DNA from: a virus
Taxonomy: Duplodnaviria > Caudoviricetes
IMG/VR virus record: IMGVR_UViG_3300049173_000141
Coordinates: 1 to 30,518 of that record
DNA length: 30,518 bases
Direction: 5' to 3' (one strand)
In this document: positions 1-8,520 of the stretch, piece after piece
Numbering within the stretch: position 1 is the stretch's first letter
Layout: each line of letters begins with the position of its first letter
Translations under genes and position numbers: made by a program
Notes under the pieces: generated by a model
What the model was told of the DNA's origin: nothing
Database searches by the model: none
The model's input: only the letters and a program-made list of their open reading frames with translations

Positions 1-39
1 CACCTGATCAACACACGTACCACAGAGGAGAAATGCAAG

Positions 40-1092
40 ATGCATATCAATGACGAACTGACCGGCTCCGAATACGAGAAGCAATTCACCGACGCGGATC
101 CCGACGACGGCGACACGCCCGGCGCGAACCAGCCCGGCAGCGACGAGGATGACGCCGGCGACGGCGCACCAGCGGCTGCTCCCGCACCTGCAGCAGCGCC
201 TGCACCAGCCGCAGCACCCGCATCCGCCGACGGTGCTGATCCCGAAGATGCGCCCGCGCCGCCTGCCCCCAGCCCGGCTGCTGCGCCGGCCGTCGAAGCG
301 CCTGCAGCTGCACCGGCCGCCGATGCGCCCGCGCCTGCTGCTGCACCTGCGCCGGAACCCTACGTGCCCGAGGCCCGCGCTCCGCGTTTCGAGGCGCCGG
401 CCGACGCCCAAGCGCAGATCGATGCCGCTCGCACACAGCGCGACGAAGCCTTCGCCAAGTTCGAGGAGGGCGAGCTCACCCGCGAACAGTACAAGGCCAT
501 CGAGAAGGAGACGTTCGCCACCGAGCAGAAGCTGCAGAGCGCCATCACACGCGACGATGCGGTGCGCGCCGTGCTGCAGACGCAGGCCGAGACGCTCTAC
601 GACGAGAAGCGTGCCGACGCGATCAATGCGCTGGTGGCCGCCGGCATCCCGGCCACGAAGGAGAACCTCGAGGAGTTCGACACGCTGACGGCCAGTTACG
701 GCGAACTAGCGGGGCGCCGCGGCATGATCGATGGGCCGAAGCTCGTGGCCTCGCAATGGGCGCTCGACAGCGCCGTTAAGGCCTTCAAGGCAGCCAATGG
801 TGTGACCAGTGCACCGCCTGCTGCACCGGCCCAGGCGCCCGCGGCGACACCGGCAGCCAGCGCGCCTGCAGCTGCGCCCGCAGCGCCCAAGCCCACCAAG
901 GCCGAGGCCGAGGCGGCGCGGAAGCCGGACCTTTCGCAGCTGCCTCCGACGCTTGCGAACACGCCCGCGGCCGCGGATGCCAACGTGGCGGGCAACAAGT
1001 TTGCACACGTCGACAACATGAGCCGCATGGACCAGGAGAAGGCGGTCGCCGCCATGACCGACGCGGAACTCAACGAGTACCTCAGCAGATGA
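40..1092 (+). CDS. Putative capsid scaffolding protein
   Basis: SD GAGGAG at 25-30. Acidic N-terminus, Ala/Pro-rich linkers, central coiled coil and a short C-terminal helix pair (KFAHVDNMSRMDQEKAVAAMTDAELNEYL). Lies two genes upstream of the MCP. Confidence 0.7.
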   Translation: MHINDELTGSEYEKQFTDADPDDGDTPGANQPGSDEDDAGDGAPAAAPAPAAAPAPAAAPASADGADPEDAPAPPAPSPAAAPAVEAPAAAPAADAPAPAAAPAPEPYVPEARAPRFEAPADAQAQIDAARTQRDEAFAKFEEGELTREQYKAIEKETFATEQKLQSAITRDDAVRAVLQTQAETLYDEKRADAINALVAAGIPATKENLEEFDTLTASYGELAGRRGMIDGPKLVASQWALDSAVKAFKAANGVTSAPPAAPAQAPAATPAASAPAAAPAAPKPTKAEAEAARKPDLSQLPPTLANTPAAADANVAGNKFAHVDNMSRMDQEKAVAAMTDAELNEYLSR

Positions 1093-1307
1093 GCAATTCG
1101 CGCACCCGTCTCAAACGCGTCCTCCGGGTGGGGGAGCGCATCACTTTGGACAACGGCCGCATCGTGATCGAGCTCGAGCGGCGCCAAGGGCAGGCCGCTG
1201 GCCTGTTCTTCGACCTGTCGGCCGATGTCGTGGTCAACAAACCCGCGGCGGAAGAGGGCGAGCGGGTGCGCATAGCGGACGTTCAGGCCTCCCGAAATAG
1301 CTCTTAA
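1089..1307 (+). CDS. Small CsrA/RsmA-fold protein (divergent)
   Basis: ATGA overlap with the scaffold. LKRVLRVGERITLDNGRIVIELERRQGQAAGLFFDLSADVVVNK aligns by eye with the CsrA pattern [43 protein letters not shown]. Confidence 0.6.
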   Translation: MSNSRTRLKRVLRVGERITLDNGRIVIELERRQGQAAGLFFDLSADVVVNKPAAEEGERVRIADVQASRNSS

Positions 1308-1309
1308 TG

Positions 1310-1345
1310 CAATCCCCTTGTTATTGAGGGTGGCCGAGATAGATT
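1310..1345 (+). promoter_or_regulatory. Putative late promoter 1 (CAATCCCCTTGTT ... TAGATT)
   Basis: 13-bp motif repeated at 12823 and 26509. -10-like TAGATT at 1340-1345. Upstream of the MCP. Confidence 0.6.
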
Positions 1346-1353
1346 CCCTGCAC

Positions 1354-1448
1354 TTGCTTCGCAGACACGGCGTGCCGTAGGGAGCGAAGCAACCCGACCG
1401 GGCGGACCCCCGGATGTTTGCGCAAGAGGCGCTTGTTCCACAGGAATA
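1354..1448 (+). promoter_or_regulatory. Structured 5' leader of the MCP (four consecutive hairpins)
   Basis: TTGCTTCGC/GCGAAGCAA (1354-1392); CCGGG-CGGACC-CCCGG (1398-1413); GCGC-AAGAG-GCGC (1420-1432); TGTTCC-ACA-GGAATA (1434-1448) abutting SD AGGAG. Confidence 0.55.
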
Positions 1449-1458
1449 GGAGCCTCTA

Positions 1459-2583
1459 ATGCGCACTCTCATCGGCGTAAACGACCCCCAAGCGGTCAAG
1501 CGCTGGGCAGCGGCCACGGCCGTGGCCGTCAACAAGAACAGCTACTTCGGTAAGCGGATGGTCGGCGAGGGCCGCGATTCGCGCCTCCCGATCCAGCGCA
1601 TCGACGACCTCGAACAGGGCGCCGGTGACGAAGTCACCATCGACCTGCTCATGCCGTCGAATCAGGAGCCCGTCGTCAAGGACCAGACCCTGGACGGCAA
1701 GGAACAGGCGCTGAAGTACTACACCGACCGCATGCGCATCGACCAAGTGCGCGGCGGCTTCGACCTCGGCAGCCGCATGACGAAGAAGCGCACCCTGCGC
1801 AACATTCGTCAAGACGCCAAGCGCGTGGGCACCGACTGGTGGAAGCGGCTCATGGACGAGCTGTATTTCATCTACCTGAGCGGTTCGCGCGGCACCGGTA
1901 CCGGCTACATCTGGTCGGCCGACAACGACTTCTTCACCGTCAACAGCATCACGGCACCCGACGCGATGCACCAGCTCTACGGCGGTGCGGCGACCTCGAA
2001 GGCCTCGATGGTGGTGGGCGACACCTTCAAGCTGCGCCTGATCGACAAGGCCGTGGCCAAGGCCGAGACCATGGGCGGCGACGGTACCGACGAACTGTCG
2101 ATGATCCCCATCGACATCGAGGGTGAAGACCACTACGTGGCGCTGATGCACACGTGGCAGTTCGACTCGCTGAAGAGCGATACGAGCACCGGCCAGTGGC
2201 TGGACATCCAGAAGGCCGCTGCTGCTGCCGAAGGCCGCAACAACCCGATCTTCAAGGGTGGCCAGGGCATGTACGCCAACGTGGTTCTGCACAAGCACCG
2301 CAACGTGATCCGCTTCAACGACTACGGCGCCGGCGCGAACCTCGCTGCCGCACGTGCGCTGTTCCTGGGCTCGCAGGCCGCGTTCGTCGCCTACGGCGAC
2401 AACGAGACCGGCACGAAGTTCAAGTGGACCGAAGTCGAGCGCGATCACGAAAACTCGGTGGCGATCGGCCTCTCGTCCATCTTCGGCGTGAAGAAGGCGA
2501 CCTACAAGTCGAAGGACAACACCGTCCAGCGCGACTTCGGCGTGATCGCCATGGACACGTCTTGCGTGGACCCGAACGCCTGA
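1459..2583 (+). CDS. Major capsid protein, N4-gp56 family
   Basis: Family-like motifs: TLIGVNDPQAVKRW, GDEVTIDL, LDGKEQALKYYTDRMRIDQVRG, GQWLDIQKAAAAAEGRNNPIFKG, ARALFLGSQA, DFGVIAMD. Strong SD and strongly G/C-biased codons. Confidence 0.92.
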   Translation: MRTLIGVNDPQAVKRWAAATAVAVNKNSYFGKRMVGEGRDSRLPIQRIDDLEQGAGDEVTIDLLMPSNQEPVVKDQTLDGKEQALKYYTDRMRIDQVRGGFDLGSRMTKKRTLRNIRQDAKRVGTDWWKRLMDELYFIYLSGSRGTGTGYIWSADNDFFTVNSITAPDAMHQLYGGAATSKASMVVGDTFKLRLIDKAVAKAETMGGDGTDELSMIPIDIEGEDHYVALMHTWQFDSLKSDTSTGQWLDIQKAAAAAEGRNNPIFKGGQGMYANVVLHKHRNVIRFNDYGAGANLAAARALFLGSQAAFVAYGDNETGTKFKWTEVERDHENSVAIGLSSIFGVKKATYKSKDNTVQRDFGVIAMDTSCVDPNA

Positions 2584-2591
2584 TGTCGTCT

Positions 2592-2611
2592 GCCCCGGCT
2601 TCGGCCGGGGC
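2592..2611 (+). promoter_or_regulatory. cUUCGg tetraloop hairpin after the MCP stop
   Basis: GCCCCGGC-TTCG-GCCGGGGC, perfect 8-bp stem, no U-tract. Confidence 0.65.
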
Positions 2612-2645
2612 GCGCACCTCAACCCGATTCCCTTAGGAGCACGAA

Positions 2646-3095
2646 ATGCCCAAGTATCAAACCGATGTTTTCACGGGCCGCAAGTCGGCCCCGCAGCCCG
2701 ACGATTCCTTCATCAAGAAGGTGCCGATCGAGGTTGTCTTTCCCGCCGCCGCTCTGGTGGCCAACGACCTGATCGAACTGTGCCGCCTGGCACCGGGCGT
2801 GCAGGTGGTCGATTTCGACGTGATCGCCCCGCAGTTGGACAGCAACGGCGCCCCGACCCTGGCCTTCAGCCTTGGCTCGGAGAACGCCGGCGGCACCGAC
2901 CTGGGCGTGGTCTACGAAGCCGGCCTCATCCCCGGCCGCGGCGCCACCGGCTCGATCGTGCGCGCCACGACCGCTGCCGCCTTGGCTGCCGATGCCACCG
3001 CCGAGCGAGTGATCGCCCTGAAGGTGACCACCGCGGCCGCCACCAGCGCGACGGCCGGCAAGAAAGCCCTCGTCGTACTGCACCTCAAAGCCTGA
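2646..3095 (+). CDS. Putative capsid decoration/cement protein
   Basis: 149-aa beta-rich protein directly after the MCP (NDLIELCRLAPGVQVVD...LDSNGAPTLAFSLG). SD AGGAG. Confidence 0.65.
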   Translation: MPKYQTDVFTGRKSAPQPDDSFIKKVPIEVVFPAAALVANDLIELCRLAPGVQVVDFDVIAPQLDSNGAPTLAFSLGSENAGGTDLGVVYEAGLIPGRGATGSIVRATTAAALAADATAERVIALKVTTAAATSATAGKKALVVLHLKA

Positions 3096-3118
3096 TCGCT
3101 GGCCCGGTGTGTGTGGAG

Positions 3119-3151
3119 GCGGGCCGTGTGGTGCGGCCCGCTTTTTCGTTT
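3119..3151 (+). terminator. Intrinsic terminator after the capsid genes
   Basis: GCGGGCCG-tgtggtg-CGGCCCGC followed by TTTTTCGTTT. Confidence 0.85.
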
Positions 3152-3177
3152 CGATTCAACCCCCTGAAGGAAGCAAG

Positions 3178-3915
3178 ATGCTGATTCAAGCCTACCGGCG
3201 CCAAGAACCCATCGAGGTTTCGCTCACGACGCGCCTCATCAAGTTTTATCTGAACGACCAGAAGCACGTCGTGGCCGAGGTCGACGGCGAGGAGCGCGAT
3301 TTGCTGGTCAAAGGCGTGCCGGAGGCCTACCGTGACTACGGCGACGCCGCGGCCGCACAGCGCGATGCCGCGGACAGCGCCCGCGCCGAGGCCGCCGCCA
3401 AGTCGAAGAAGGAATCCGACGAACGGGCCGAGGCGGATCGCCTTGCCGCCGAGAAGCGCGCTCGCGAGAGCGAAACCCTGCTCGGATCGAGCGTGCTCGA
3501 GAGCGTCATCGACCTCACTGGCAACAAGACAGTGGCGCTGGGCGAAGTCGTCGCCCGCGCGCATCAGCGCAGCGGTCTGTCCGTTGCGGCCTGGAACGAG
3601 CTCGAGCCGGCGGAACGCGAAGCGAAGCTCGCCACCGAGGTCGAAATCCTCACCGAGGAAGCAGAAACCGAAGAAGCCGAGGCCGCCGATGCGCTGCGCG
3701 TCCAGGCCGAGAAGGATGCGGCCGCCAAGAAGTTCGTGCTGGTGGCGGGCGACCAGACCTTCGACCTGAAGACCTACGATGACAAGACGCTGCGTGAATT
3801 CGCGAAGCAGTACAAGGTGTCGCTCGCGAGCGGGCTGAAGGGCGACACCCTCCGCCAGGCGATCGTGGAAGCGCTGGTGCCGCCTCCTGACGCCAACCCC
3901 AACGCGGGCGCGTAA
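3178..3915 (+). CDS. Hypothetical protein with C-terminal HeH/Rho-N-like helical module
   Basis: ATG 3178 preferred (SD AAGGA, downstream of the terminator). C-terminal DLKTYDDKTLREFAKQYKV...KGDTLRQAIVEAL. Confidence 0.6.
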   Translation: MLIQAYRRQEPIEVSLTTRLIKFYLNDQKHVVAEVDGEERDLLVKGVPEAYRDYGDAAAAQRDAADSARAEAAAKSKKESDERAEADRLAAEKRARESETLLGSSVLESVIDLTGNKTVALGEVVARAHQRSGLSVAAWNELEPAEREAKLATEVEILTEEAETEEAEAADALRVQAEKDAAAKKFVLVAGDQTFDLKTYDDKTLREFAKQYKVSLASGLKGDTLRQAIVEALVPPPDANPNAGA

Positions 3916-4550
3916 TGAAGGCAGGGGTGGTCCTCGATGCCGTCCGCCGGCTGCTGTCCGACAAGGCCAGCACGCGGTGGAGCGATCCGAATCTGCTGAC
4001 GTGGCTCAACATGGGCCAGCGCTCCATCGCGAGCGTCATCGCGTCGGCGGCCTCGAAGCGCGCCACCATCAGCGCCGTGGCCGGCATTGAACAGGCCATC
4101 CCCGCCGACGGCGTGCGCCTGCTGTCGGTACTGCACAACATCAATCCCGACGGTACGCCCGGCCGCGTTGTGACGCCAGTCAGTCGCTCGGAACTGAATG
4201 ACATCCGTGTGGCCTGGCCGGGCGCCGGCGCCGCAGCCGCGGCGCGGCACATCCTGTTCGACGACGACCAGCCGAAGATCTTTGAGGTCTGGCCTCCGCT
4301 GATCGCCGGCGCGAAGCTGCGCATCGTCTACGCGGCGCTGCCGGTGGACTGTGCGGACCGCGAGGCGGAGCTCGGCATCGATGCCATCTACGACGGTGCG
4401 CTCACGGATTACGTGTGCTTCCGCTGCTACATGGAAGACAGCGAAGACCCGGCAGATGGCCAGAAGGCGGCGAACCATCTTGCAGCTTACCAACAAGCCC
4501 TCGGCGTCAAGGCCGAAACCGACCAGACGGCCGTGCCGAAGCGCAAATGA
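3915..4550 (+). CDS. Head-tail adaptor protein
   Basis: TAATG coupling. RWSDPNLLTWLNMGQR, FEVWPP and IYDGALTDYVCFRCY fit podoviral adaptors. Confidence 0.7.
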   Translation: MKAGVVLDAVRRLLSDKASTRWSDPNLLTWLNMGQRSIASVIASAASKRATISAVAGIEQAIPADGVRLLSVLHNINPDGTPGRVVTPVSRSELNDIRVAWPGAGAAAAARHILFDDDQPKIFEVWPPLIAGAKLRIVYAALPVDCADREAELGIDAIYDGALTDYVCFRCYMEDSEDPADGQKAANHLAAYQQALGVKAETDQTAVPKRK

Positions 4551-5140
4551 AGACCTTCGACCAGTTCTACCCAGACCTCTTGCCCCAAGTTCCCGGATGC
4601 CCGGAACCGGTCGCCGACCAGGCGCTCAAGCGGGCGGCACAGCGCTTCTGCGAGTTGACCTTTGCATGGCGGGCGAAGCTCGACGAGCTGCAGACCTCGC
4701 CAGGAACGGACGAGTACGACCTGCCGCTCGACCGGAACACCGAACTCGTTCGCATCGAGTCTGCGAAGCTGGACGGACAGGACATTGCCGTGGCCACACA
4801 AAACGACGTGAGCCGGCACCGCCCGTACGTGGGCTGCTACGACGGCAAGACGCTCATCGTGAATCCGGTGCCCACCGCCGAGAACACGATCGTCTTGCTG
4901 TGCAGCCTCAAGCCGGGCAACGGGGCGCTCGGCGTCGAGGACTTCCTCTACGACCGCCATTGCGCGCTGATCGCCAACGGGGCGGCCGCGCTTCTAAAGC
5001 GGCTCCCGATGAAGACGTACAGCAGCGCTGATGGCCCCATGCAGTGGGTCGATTTCGAGTCGCGCTGCGCATCCATCAAGCTGCAGCTCTGGCGGGGCAA
5101 CGCGCGGAACACGCCGCGTGCCGAGCCGAGCTGGTTCTAA
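4547..5140 (+). CDS. Second adaptor / tail-tubular-A-like protein
   Basis: ATGA overlap. FYPDLLPQVPGCPEPVADQALKRAAQRFCELTFAWR. Confidence 0.65.
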   Translation: MKTFDQFYPDLLPQVPGCPEPVADQALKRAAQRFCELTFAWRAKLDELQTSPGTDEYDLPLDRNTELVRIESAKLDGQDIAVATQNDVSRHRPYVGCYDGKTLIVNPVPTAENTIVLLCSLKPGNGALGVEDFLYDRHCALIANGAAALLKRLPMKTYSSADGPMQWVDFESRCASIKLQLWRGNARNTPRAEPSWF

Positions 5141-5149
5141 GGGAGCACC

Positions 5150-6670
5150 ATGGCCGCAATTCCTACCTGCGCAGTCCGGGCCATCATCAACGATTCGGTG
5201 GAAGGCGTCCCCATTGAGGGCGCCACCGTCGAGGCGACGCTCTCCAGCTACGAGGTCTATGAAGGCATCGTGGTGCCCCGCCTGGTGAGTGGCAAGACAG
5301 ACGCGGCTGGCATCTGCATCCTGGACCTTTGGCCGAACCAGCTGGGTGCGGTCGAATCGAATTACGCCATCAAGGTGTCCGTGCCGGGGCGGAAGACGCT
5401 GAAGACCTTCGCGGTCATTCCAAACGACACCACGGTCGACCTGCACACCGTCATGGAGCTGCCGCCCTACGACGGCCTGAATGATGGATCGTTCATCATC
5501 GGAGAGGTTCTTGCCGCGCGCGATGCAGCCATCGCGGCCCGGGACGTTGCGATCACCAAGGCCACAGAGGCTGGCGCATCGGCTGGCGCAGCTGCTGCCA
5601 GTGCGACGAATGCGGGCATCAGCGAAACAAACGCCGCCACGAGCGCAATTAACGCGGAGGGCTCCAAGAACCTCGCGCAGGCCTGGGCGATCCAGCTCGG
5701 CACGCCAGTTGAGGGTGGCGAATACAGCGCGAAGTACCACGCGCTTGCCGCTGCGGCATCGGCCGCCAGCATCGCAGATGGCCCGGTTTACTCGTGGGTC
5801 GGCTTGTTCGGGACAATCACGCTCGCGCAGGCACGCACAGCGTTGTCGATTACGAATGTCGCGAATCTTGCACCGGCCGATTACCCGGTTAGCACGGCGC
5901 AGCTCGCCGCACTCAATCTGAAGGTCAACAGCAGCACCTACACAGCGGACATGGCGCTGAAGGCTGACCTTGTTGACGGCGTGGTGCCATCGTCTCAATT
6001 GCCCGGCTACGTCGATGACGTGCTTGAGTTTGCAAACCTCGCCGCATTTCCTGCCACGGGCGTGGTCGGCAAGATGTACGTCGCGCTCGATACGAACCTT
6101 GTCTACCGATGGACGGGTACAACTTACATCGAGATCAGCCCGTCGCCAGGCAGCACCGATGCCGTTCCCGAGGGGGCGGTCAACAAGTATTTCACCGAGG
6201 CCCGCGTGCGCGCCACCGTGCTCACCGGCCTTAGTCTGGTGACGGGCACCGCCATTGCTGCCGCCGATAGCGTGCTGATTGCTTTCGGCAAGCTGCAGAA
6301 GCAAATCACCGACCTCATCGCCGCGGTGGCCGGCAAGTCGGACACCACCACCACGGTCACCAAAGACAACGCCACGGGCGCGGCGAATTTACCCACCGGC
6401 ACAACAGCACAGCGGCCGGCCAACGGTGCCGGCAAGTTCCGATTCAACAGCACGCTCGGTCGGTTCGAGGGCAACAACGGCACCACCTGGGGTTCTGTCG
6501 GCGGCGCGACGGGCGGCGGCCCTGATGCGGTGTTCTACGAAAGCGATTCGACCGTGACCACCAGCTACGCCATCACCGCTGGCCGCAATGCCATGGTGGC
6601 CGGTCCCATCACCATTTCGCCCGGCGCCGTGATAGACGTGCCGGCCGGCTCGACCCTGACCATTGTTTAA
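5150..6670 (+). CDS. Tail fibre protein
   Basis: N-terminal beta anchor, Ala-rich coil, mosaic fibre modules (VPSSQLPGYVDDVLEF; LPTGTTAQRP...FRFNSTLGRFEG), C-terminal AITAGRNAMVAGPITISPGAVIDVPAGSTLTIV. Confidence 0.85.
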   Translation: MAAIPTCAVRAIINDSVEGVPIEGATVEATLSSYEVYEGIVVPRLVSGKTDAAGICILDLWPNQLGAVESNYAIKVSVPGRKTLKTFAVIPNDTTVDLHTVMELPPYDGLNDGSFIIGEVLAARDAAIAARDVAITKATEAGASAGAAAASATNAGISETNAATSAINAEGSKNLAQAWAIQLGTPVEGGEYSAKYHALAAAASAASIADGPVYSWVGLFGTITLAQARTALSITNVANLAPADYPVSTAQLAALNLKVNSSTYTADMALKADLVDGVVPSSQLPGYVDDVLEFANLAAFPATGVVGKMYVALDTNLVYRWTGTTYIEISPSPGSTDAVPEGAVNKYFTEARVRATVLTGLSLVTGTAIAAADSVLIAFGKLQKQITDLIAAVAGKSDTTTTVTKDNATGAANLPTGTTAQRPANGAGKFRFNSTLGRFEGNNGTTWGSVGGATGGGPDAVFYESDSTVTTSYAITAGRNAMVAGPITISPGAVIDVPAGSTLTIV

Positions 6671-6678
6671 GGAAGACC

Positions 6679-7299
6679 ATGACCATAAAAATCGACGGCA
6701 ACGGCAAGATCACAGGCGACGAAAACGGTTTTCAGACCGGTGACTTCATGTTCAAGCAGCGTGCATCCGCCCCTCCTGGATGGATCGTGGGCAACGGCTC
6801 AACAATTGGCAATGTCGGTAGCGGCGCGACGCGCGCCAACGTCGATACCCTCGACCTGTTCACGCTGTGGTGGACCGACTATACCGACGCGCAGCTCCCG
6901 ATTCTCACGAGCACGGGCGCGGCCAGCACGCGCGGCGCGAGCGCTGCGGCCGACTGGGCAGCCCTCAAGCGCTTGACAGTGTTCGATGTGCAAGGGCGGT
7001 TCGTGCGAGCTGCAGGCACCATCAACGGCGTTGCCAACGTGAACGGCACCAAGCAGTCCGATGCGTTTCAGTCGCACGGTCACATTGTGGGCATCGACAA
7101 CGTGGGCGCAGGTTCGAACGACTACAACGTGTCGAGTGTCGTCTCCGCGTATTCAACGGGAAACACGGTGCGCAATTCGATCATCGGCACGACAAGCATG
7201 ACAGCCAGTAGCGAAATAACCACGACAGGGGGCGCCCCGCGAACGGCAGCAGAAACGCGCCCCGCCAACATCGCCATGCTCGCCTGCTACAAGCTCTGA
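6679..7299 (+). CDS. Tail-collar-like / fibre tip protein
   Basis: APPGWIVGNGSTI, VFDVQGRFVR, GTKQSDAFQSHGH and ETRPANIAMLACYKL are collar/tip motifs. Confidence 0.8.
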   Translation: MTIKIDGNGKITGDENGFQTGDFMFKQRASAPPGWIVGNGSTIGNVGSGATRANVDTLDLFTLWWTDYTDAQLPILTSTGAASTRGASAAADWAALKRLTVFDVQGRFVRAAGTINGVANVNGTKQSDAFQSHGHIVGIDNVGAGSNDYNVSSVVSAYSTGNTVRNSIIGTTSMTASSEITTTGGAPRTAAETRPANIAMLACYKL

Positions 7300-7309
7300 A
7301 AGGACCGTC

Positions 7310-7885
7310 ATGACTCTCTCAGTTCGGTCCGACACCAACGGCGGCGCCATCCTCATGGAAGGCGGCGTGGAGGTTCTGCGCGTCGGCGCCAACGGCAACG
7401 TCACCACGCCGGCCGGCGTGGTGAAGACCAGCTCGACCAAGAAGACCATCTGCGCCGCGCACTTGGCTGCTACGACCCAGCCCATCGCCCTCAACACTTA
7501 CACGAAGATCATCTTCGACACCGCAACGCTCAACCCAGGCACAGGCTACAACGTAGCGAACGGCCGCTTCACGCCGGACGTTGCGGGCTGGTACGAAGTG
7601 ACGGCGACTGTCAGTGTGGAGGGCACTCAGAACACGGACAACTTCCAGATCAACGTCTATAAGAATGGCGCCTCGGCTCGCCGTCTCGCCGTGCTTAGCA
7701 CCAGCGTCACGACCAATCTCGCCACTCTTCATCTCTCCGGTTCCGGGCTCGTCTACTTGAACGGATCGACCGACTATGTGGAGATTTTTACGTATCGGGG
7801 ACAAGTCTCTGGTACGGCGGCTGTTTCTGGTGCCGCAGCGGGCAACCTCTCGCATTTCTCGGCCAAGCTCGTCTATCCCGATTAA
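7310..7885 (+). CDS. C1q/TNF-like jelly-roll receptor-binding protein
   Basis: TKIIFDT...GYNVANGRFTPDVAGWYEVTATV...VYKNG...LVYLNGSTDYVEIF. Confidence 0.75.
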   Translation: MTLSVRSDTNGGAILMEGGVEVLRVGANGNVTTPAGVVKTSSTKKTICAAHLAATTQPIALNTYTKIIFDTATLNPGTGYNVANGRFTPDVAGWYEVTATVSVEGTQNTDNFQINVYKNGASARRLAVLSTSVTTNLATLHLSGSGLVYLNGSTDYVEIFTYRGQVSGTAAVSGAAAGNLSHFSAKLVYPD

Positions 7886-7893
7886 GGAGCGCC

Positions 7894-8484
7894 ATGACTC
7901 TCAAGACCGACCTTTATCAGGTGGGCGTCAGCCTCTCGGCCACCAACAATTTCACGTTTTCGACAGACGGCGCGGGCGGGATGAAACTCGCGCGCGGAAA
8001 TCCCGGCGCGACGACGCAGGATATTTTCGCGGTGGATTCGGCCGGCTATGTGCTGTCCGAGCAAACGCAAGCCCTCACCGACAGCTCCAAAAAAGTTGTG
8101 AACACCGCTTGGGCGCAGAGCCTGCTTGCGACTGGCCCTCGCACGCTGGTAAATGGGCTCCCTGTAAGTACAGCCAGTGGCGCCCTTGCCGATGCATCCG
8201 CCAATGCGTACTTCCGTAGGGTCGGCCGGTTCGTGCAATTCGATCTGCAGGCGATCATCGTCAACAACGGGACAGGATCGAGTGCGTTTCGCGTGGTGAT
8301 GCCCTGGCTATCGGCGCGTGTAAGCATTTCCTGTGGCCGGGAAAACGCAGTTCAGGGCTTCATGCTTCAAGGGATCATTGGAACGAACACCGACCTCATG
8401 ACGATCTTTAAATACGATGGATCGTACCCGGGCGGCAACGGCCACGTCTTGCACCTCAGCGGCTGGTATGAGGCAACGACCTGA
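7894..8484 (+). CDS. Small tail-fibre-tip-like protein
   Basis: SD AAGGAG. DSSKKVVNTAWAQ linker; C-terminal AYFRRVGRFVQF...VVMPW...LHLSGWYE beta domain. Confidence 0.65.
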   Translation: MTLKTDLYQVGVSLSATNNFTFSTDGAGGMKLARGNPGATTQDIFAVDSAGYVLSEQTQALTDSSKKVVNTAWAQSLLATGPRTLVNGLPVSTASGALADASANAYFRRVGRFVQFDLQAIIVNNGTGSSAFRVVMPWLSARVSISCGRENAVQGFMLQGIIGTNTDLMTIFKYDGSYPGGNGHVLHLSGWYEATT

Positions 8485-8520
8485 TCGTCAGTTTCGAACC
8501 AGCCCGAACCTCTTCCCACG

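Noticed and set aside
165-360. Imperfect GCACC/GCTGC tandem repeats
   Set aside because: Explained by the Ala-Pro-rich coding linker. Not a CRISPR array or a regular DNA repeat.
1456-2622. Long antisense ORFs opposite MCP, nozzle, fibre and giant genes (e.g. 8581-10074, 19458-21338, 21795-23066)
   Set aside because: Expected mirror-frame artefacts of GC-rich codon bias, with no motifs or SDs noticed.
2581-2648. Readthrough or frameshift fusion of MCP to the decoration protein
   Set aside because: The decoration gene is out of frame, has its own SD, and no slippery sequence precedes the stop.
6679-8484. DGR or invertible tail-fibre cassette
   Set aside because: No reverse transcriptase, template repeat, invertase or inverted crossover sites seen. 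All tip genes are co-oriented.
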